Part shown: piece after piece, positions 15,906-20,188 of the stretch
How positions within the stretch are numbered: the stretch's first letter is position 1
Layout of the letters: each line of letters opens with the position of its first letter
Origin: Candidatus Rokuibacteriota bacterium
GTDB lineage: Bacteria; Methylomirabilota; Methylomirabilia; Rokubacteriales; DASRDR01
Assembly: GCA_044866005.1 (NCBI GenBank)
Contig: JBIOTN010000212.1
Location: 1 to 20,188 of the forward strand
DNA: 20,188 bases
Reading direction: 5' to 3'
Program-made: the position numbers and the translations under genes
Notes under the pieces: model-generated
The model's input: the letters and a program-made list of their open reading frames with translations, nothing else
Database searches by the model: none
What the model was told of the DNA's origin: nothing

Positions 15906-17432
15906 TCAGCGTTTGACCCAGACGCGCTCGAGCCGCATGCGCCCGTCCGGGATCTCCACGTACCCCTGGACCTTGTCGTCCCACGCCTTGGTCCAGGCGT
16001 CGTGGTGCAGGAAGACGAGCGGCGAGTCCTCGACGAGCATCCGGACCGCCTCGCCGTAGAGCCGCTTCCGCTCCGCCTGGCTCGAGGACGACCGCGCCTG
16101 GTGGAGGAGCTCGTCCACCTTCGGGTTCGAGTACTTGCCCCAGTTGTTCGCGCCGCCCGTGGTGAGGTGCGAGAACATGTTGCCGTCGGGATCGGGTCGC
16201 CCGCTCCAGAGCGACTCCGCGGCGTCGAACTGCCCCGCCTTCCGCTTCTCGATCCACGCCCCGATCTCGAGGAGCGCGATTTCCATCTCGATGCCGGCCT
16301 TTTTCAGGTTGTCCTGGACGACCTGCGCCTGCTTGAGCGCCACCGGCGTGTTGACGATGTTCAGCGTGAACTTGAAGCCCTGCGGCTGGTTTCCCTCGGC
16401 GAGCTTCTGCCTGGCCTTCGCCAGGTCAGGCGTCGCGCCGTATCCCGGCAGCGCCTCGTACGCCCAGCTCCGCGGCGGGATGGGGCCCTGGGCGACCGCC
16501 CCCGTGCCGAAGAAGACGGCGCGATGGATCGCCTCGCGGTGGACGGCCCAGGCCACGGCCTGGCGGAGCGCCTTCACGTTGAAGGGCGGCCGGGTCGTGT
16601 TCAGCTCCATCCGCCGGTAGCCGAGGCCGGGAGTCTCGATCACCTTGAGCCTGGCCATGGCCCGGAGGGGCACCACGTCCTTCGGCGGCAGCTCGTCGAT
16701 GACGTCGAGCGTCGCGGTCCGCAGGGCCGTGAGCTTCACCGTGTGGTCGGGGATCGGCCTGAACACGACCTCCTCGAGATGGGGCCGGCCCGGGCGCCAG
16801 TAGCCGGGAAAGCGCTTGAGCCGGATGTGGTCGTCCTTGACCCACTCGGCGAGCTGGAAGGGTCCGGTGCCGACGGGGTTCCGCGCGTAGTCCCGGCCGT
16901 ACTTCTCCACCGCGGCCCGGGAGACCATCATGCCCGCGCGGTCCGTCAGCGTGGCGAGGAGCGCCGCGTCCGGCTCCTTGAGGTTGAAGCGGACGGTGTG
17001 CGAGTCGAGCACGTCCACGGACTTGACGTTCCCCAGCTCGCTGCGACGGATCGATCCGCTGGTCGGATCCACCATCCGCTCGACGTTCCATTTCACCACC
17101 TCGGCGGTGAAGTCGCTCCCGTCGTGGAACTTCACGCCCCGGCGCAGGCGGAACACGTAACTCAGGGGATCGGGCGTCTCCCAGCTCTCCGCCAGCTCGG
17201 GCACGATGTTCAGGTTCGGATCCAGGGCCACGAGGACGTTGTAGAGCTGGTAGTAGACGTCGCGGTCGAGGGCGGCGGTGGACATGTGGGGGTCCATGGT
17301 GGTGACGTCACCCTGAAGCCCCACGCGCAGGAGGCCGCCCGACTGGGGCTCCTGTGCCGCGCCCGCGACCGCGATCAGGAGCGCCGTCCCCGCCAGCATC
17401 CGGAAGCCCCACGACCGCGCCATGGTCCACAT
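15906..17432 (-). CDS. ABC transporter substrate-binding protein, family 5 (DppA/GsiB-like), 508 aa
   Basis: PELAESWE, FRLRRGVKFHDGS, PVGTGPF and LRQAVAWAV motifs. N-terminal signal peptide ending AGA-AQ. ATG 17432 has a GGAGGAGG SD 9 nt upstream. Confidence 0.95.
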   Translation of the reverse strand: MWTMARSWGFRMLAGTALLIAVAGAAQEPQSGGLLRVGLQGDVTTMDPHMSTAALDRDVYYQLYNVLVALDPNLNIVPELAESWETPDPLSYVFRLRRGVKFHDGSDFTAEVVKWNVERMVDPTSGSIRRSELGNVKSVDVLDSHTVRFNLKEPDAALLATLTDRAGMMVSRAAVEKYGRDYARNPVGTGPFQLAEWVKDDHIRLKRFPGYWRPGRPHLEEVVFRPIPDHTVKLTALRTATLDVIDELPPKDVVPLRAMARLKVIETPGLGYRRMELNTTRPPFNVKALRQAVAWAVHREAIHRAVFFGTGAVAQGPIPPRSWAYEALPGYGATPDLAKARQKLAEGNQPQGFKFTLNIVNTPVALKQAQVVQDNLKKAGIEMEIALLEIGAWIEKRKAGQFDAAESLWSGRPDPDGNMFSHLTTGGANNWGKYSNPKVDELLHQARSSSSQAERKRLYGEAVRMLVEDSPLVFLHHDAWTKAWDDKVQGYVEIPDGRMRLERVWVKR

Positions 17433-17525
17433 CGTCTCTCGCCTCCTCCGACGGGCCGCCCGTCTCGCACGCCGCGGCAACGCTCGCGAGGGCGGTCGCG
17501 CCGCCTCGCGCGTCCCGGTGGGTGG

Positions 17526-17555
17526 ATGGTAGTCCGCGGGGCGCTGAGCGGTCAA
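17526..17555 (-). promoter_or_regulatory. Sigma70-type promoter of the ABC/hydrolase cluster
   Basis: Minus strand TTGACC(17555-17550)-N18-TACCAT(17531-17526), about 95 nt upstream of the SBP start. Confidence 0.65.
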
Positions 17556-17595
17556 GCGGAGCCCCGCGGCGGGCGCGGCCGGCGCGGCGGTTTCG

Positions 17596-17604
17596 TGCTA
17601 CAAC
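17596..17604 (+). promoter_or_regulatory. Extended -10 element for a probably leaderless HAD transcript
   Basis: TG-C-TACAAC ends 7 nt before ATG 17612, and there is no SD in between. Confidence 0.45.
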
Positions 17605-17611
17605 TGTCCGC

Positions 17612-18283
17612 ATGCCCCGCGCGCTCGTGTTCGACCTCGGCAACCCGCTCGTCCGCACGGTGGACACGATCGAGTCCGCCTACCGCGCGGTCGTCGCCCG
17701 ACACGGAATCCCCGCCGAGGCGATCCGTCTCTTCAAGCGCTTCGCCGGTCGGCCCAAGCACCTGCTCTTCGCCGAGGCGCTCGGCGACCGCCCCCGGAAG
17801 CCCGACCTGGTGCGCGCGTGCATGCGCGAGTTCGAGCAGCGGCTGGTGGCGGAGGTGAAGGGCCCGGCCGAGATGCCGGGGGCGTCCGCCTGTGTCGCCG
17901 CTCTCGGGCGGGACGGCTGGCGGATCGCGCTGGCGAGCGGGTTCCCGCGCGCCGTGGGCCGGGCGATCTGCCGGCGGTTCGGCTGGGACTACCCGCTGGT
18001 CTGCGACGAGGACGTCCCGGCGCACCGCCCCGCGCCCGATCCGGTGCTCCGGGCCTGCGAGCTGCTGGCCGTGGCGCCCGCGGAGACCGTCGTCATCGGC
18101 GACACGCCGCAGGACGTCCTTTCGGCCCAGGCCGCGGGGGCGACGGCCGTGGCCGTGGCGGCGGGCAAGTTCACCGCGGGGGAGCTCGCCGCGTACCGGC
18201 CGGCGTTCCTCCTCGGCGCGCTCGCCGAGCTGCCGGGACTGCTCGCCCACGAGCCGGGGCTCCGGCGCGCGACGCGCGCCTGA
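17612..18283 (+). CDS. HAD-superfamily hydrolase, phosphonatase (PhnX)-like, 223 aa
   Basis: Motif I variant VFDLGNPLV, motif II LASGF, motif III with Arg (HRPAPDP) and motif IV IGDTPQD. Start reassigned to ATG 17612. Confidence 0.85.
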   Translation: MPRALVFDLGNPLVRTVDTIESAYRAVVARHGIPAEAIRLFKRFAGRPKHLLFAEALGDRPRKPDLVRACMREFEQRLVAEVKGPAEMPGASACVAALGRDGWRIALASGFPRAVGRAICRRFGWDYPLVCDEDVPAHRPAPDPVLRACELLAVAPAETVVIGDTPQDVLSAQAAGATAVAVAAGKFTAGELAAYRPAFLLGALAELPGLLAHEPGLRRATRA

Positions 18284-18285
18284 GG

Positions 18286-19356
18286 ATGGCGACCTACCGC
18301 CTCGGCATGCTGCGGGGCGACGGGATCGGCCCCGAGATCGTCGAGGCGACCCGCCGCGTCCTCGACGCCGTCCAGCGACGCGCGCCGGCGCTCCACCTCG
18401 AGTACGTGCCGCTCCCGATGGGCTGGGAGGCGATCCGCCAGGCGGGGCGCGCGATGCCGGAGTCCACGCTCGCGGCGCTCGCGACGTGCGACGCGTGGAT
18501 CATGGGTCCGCACGACTCGGCGTCCTACCCGCCGGCCGAGCAGGCGCGGCTCAACCCGAGCGGCCGGCTCCGGCGCCACTTCGACCTCTACGCGAACATC
18601 CGGCCCGCCCGCGCGTACCCGGGACTCCCCGCCGTGTCGCCGAGGCTCGACCTCGTCATCGTCCGCGAGAACACCGAAGGCTTCTACTCCGACCGGAACA
18701 TGGCGTGGGGCGTCGGGGAATTCATGCCGACGCCGGACGTGGCGCTGACCGTCGGCAAGATCACCCGCCACGCCTCCACGCGGATCGCCCGGACCGCCTT
18801 CGCGCTCGCCCGCCGGCGCCGGCGGAAGCTCGCCGTCGTCCACAAGGCCAACGTGATCCGCAAGGCCTTCGGCCTCTTCCTCGAGGCGTGCCGCGACGTC
18901 GCGACCGCCTTCCCGGACGTCGCCCTGGAGGAGTATCACATCGACGCGATGACGGCCCACCTCGTCCGCCGGGGCGGTGACTTCGACGTGGTCCTCGCCA
19001 CCAACATGTTCGGCGACATCCTCTCCGACCTGGCCGGCGAGCTGGCGGGGAGCCTGGGGCTCGCGCCGTCGATCAACGCCGGCAGCGGCCGCGCGATGGC
19101 GCAGGCCACGCACGGCTCGGCGCCCGACATCGCCGGGCGTGGGATCGCCAACCCGGTGGGCATGATCGGCTCCGCCGCCATGCTGCTCGACTGGCTGGGC
19201 GCCGAGCGGGCCGACCCCACGGCCCTGGACGCGGCGCAGGCGATCGAGCGCGCGGTCGCGGAGGCGGTGACCGCGTCGGTCCGGACGCCGGACCTGGGCG
19301 GGAGCGCCACGACCGCGGAGTTCGCGGACGCGGTCGTGGAGCGCGTGGCGGGCTGA
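18286..19356 (+). CDS. Isocitrate/isopropylmalate dehydrogenase family (beta-decarboxylating dehydrogenase), 356 aa
   Basis: GDGIGPEI, DLYANIRP, IVRENTEGFY, VHKANV, TNMFGDILSDL, HGSAPDIAG and TPDLGG. The ATG is 2 nt after the HAD stop. The substrate cannot be assigned. Confidence 0.93.
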   Translation: MATYRLGMLRGDGIGPEIVEATRRVLDAVQRRAPALHLEYVPLPMGWEAIRQAGRAMPESTLAALATCDAWIMGPHDSASYPPAEQARLNPSGRLRRHFDLYANIRPARAYPGLPAVSPRLDLVIVRENTEGFYSDRNMAWGVGEFMPTPDVALTVGKITRHASTRIARTAFALARRRRRKLAVVHKANVIRKAFGLFLEACRDVATAFPDVALEEYHIDAMTAHLVRRGGDFDVVLATNMFGDILSDLAGELAGSLGLAPSINAGSGRAMAQATHGSAPDIAGRGIANPVGMIGSAAMLLDWLGAERADPTALDAAQAIERAVAEAVTASVRTPDLGGSATTAEFADAVVERVAG

Positions 19357-19422
19357 GGCCGGGAGACGAACCCCGCGCGGGGAGAGGCGCCCCGGGGCGT
19401 GAGGTCGGGCCCCGCCGGCGGA

Positions 19423-19872
19423 TCAGGCGCCGGCCGCGGACCGGGGGGTCTGGCCGAGCTCTCTCGCCGCCGCGCGGCGTCGCCCCTCGGCCGCGCGCGC
19501 CTGGGCCCGGGCCTCCTCGGCCGCCGCCTCGTAGACCTCGGCTTCGGCCCGCGCGTACGCCATCTGGCGCTCGGCCTGCGCGATGTGGCGGGCGAGCCGC
19601 GTCTCGGGGAGCCGATCGATGGCCCGGCTCAGGGCGCCCTGGAGGTAGACGGGCGTGATCCCGTTCGCCCAGTAGACGAGGTCTTCGCGCTTGCTCTGAG
19701 TGGTCTCCTGGTCCGTCGCCAGGGGGCGGCCGCCGGCGAGCGGGGCGAGCGGAAAGAACACGAACCACGCCTCCCAGAGCCCACGCGGCTGCTGGTCTGC
19801 GTAGACCCGGGCCACATACCGTGCGCCGCGGGCCTCGAACGTCCCGGGATACTGGACGATGAAGTGGACCAC
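19423..19872 (-). CDS. Hypothetical protein, 149 aa
   Basis: GC3-biased frame. The N-terminal globular part is aromatic-rich (GLWEAWFVFFP, ETTQSKREDLVYWANG, YLQGALSRA) and the tail is Ala/Glu/Arg-rich and coiled-coil-like. Confidence 0.8.
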   Translation of the reverse strand: MVHFIVQYPGTFEARGARYVARVYADQQPRGLWEAWFVFFPLAPLAGGRPLATDQETTQSKREDLVYWANGITPVYLQGALSRAIDRLPETRLARHIAQAERQMAYARAEAEVYEAAAEEARAQARAAEGRRRAAARELGQTPRSAAGA

Positions 19873-19889
19873 GCCAGCACGGTCACCCG

Positions 19890-19906
19890 TGCAAAGTGTG
19901 TACCGG
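19890..19906 (-). promoter_or_regulatory. Putative sigma54 (-24/-12) promoter
   Basis: Minus strand CCGGTACACACTTTGCA = GG-TAC-N5-TTGCA, with exact GG-N10-GC spacing, 17 nt upstream of GTG 19872. Confidence 0.55.
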
Positions 19907-19945
19907 GTCGCGGCGGCGCGCGGGGGGACGCGCCTCGGCGGCGGG

Positions 19946-20152
19946 CTACATCGCCAGGATCCGGTCCGCCGGGACCTCCACCCGCTTGACGCCCTTGAAG
20001 CTGAAGAGGAGCTCGACCAGGTAGACGGGCGGCTCCGCCTGGGTCTGCCGGACGACGGTGCCGATCGCCTCGCGGACGTTCTCGCTGAAGCGGACGCCCT
20101 GGATCGTCAGGTTGGCGAGGTTCACCTTGACGCGCTGGTTCGGCTCGAACAT
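19946..20152 (-). CDS. Hypothetical protein, 68 aa, beta-rich (possibly SH3/KOW-like)
   Basis: GGGAG SD before ATG 20152, strong GC3 bias and an alternating hydrophobic strand pattern. The fold call is tentative. Confidence 0.8.
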   Translation of the reverse strand: MFEPNQRVKVNLANLTIQGVRFSENVREAIGTVVRQTQAEPPVYLVELLFSFKGVKRVEVPADRILAM

Positions 20153-20188
20153 GGCGTGCTCCCGTCCCGGCGCCGCGAACGGCGGCGC

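Noticed and set aside
1000..17858. Many long antisense or alternate-frame ORFs (e.g. 1000..3219, 7029..8561, 8940..11174, 11009..13303, 16002..17858)
   Set aside because: These are expected in very high-GC DNA where stops are rare. They have low-complexity R/G/P/A composition, no motifs, and overlap well-supported genes.
18286..19356. Assigning the symbol leuB
   Set aside because: Family membership is clear, but there is no leu operon context and the motifs diverge, so the substrate is uncertain.
1..20188. CRISPR array, rRNA/tRNA genes, transposase/integrase or phage genes
   Set aside because: No regularly spaced direct repeats, RNA-gene signatures or mobile-element protein motifs were seen by eye.

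Overview
Very GC-rich bacterial DNA, probably from a diderm because it encodes an Omp85 barrel. The gene style is reminiscent of Candidatus Rokubacteria/Methylomirabilota, which is my inference and is unverified. The window holds about 20 genuine CDSs; most long ORFs in the supplied track are antisense or out-of-frame shadows. In order: the 3' tail of an upstream gene and a class I SAM methyltransferase (+); a Tat-type multicopper oxidase, GT4 glycosyltransferase, exported cupin and ICMT/PEMT-family membrane methyltransferase (-); an AhpC-type peroxiredoxin (+); a small hypothetical, exonuclease III and an RraA-family protein (-); a small hypothetical (+); a six-gene minus-strand cluster (peptide-type ABC binding protein, M19 dipeptidase, two permeases, POTRA-less Omp85 barrel, penicillin-acylase-family amidase) with no ATPase; a PhnX-like HAD hydrolase and an isocitrate/isopropylmalate-family dehydrogenase (+); and two small hypotheticals (-). 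The best-supported hidden signal is the peroxiredoxin at 5867-6484, which the ORF track splits in two. It has an in-frame TGA exactly at the peroxidatic Cys position (FYPADFTFV-U-ATE), followed by a SECIS-like hairpin, so it is very likely a selenoprotein. Other leads are the uptake/hydrolysis cluster with its barrel-only Omp85, a triple-hairpin intergenic element, several apparently leaderless genes, sigma54-like promoters and a 13-codon coupling ORF in front of xth.
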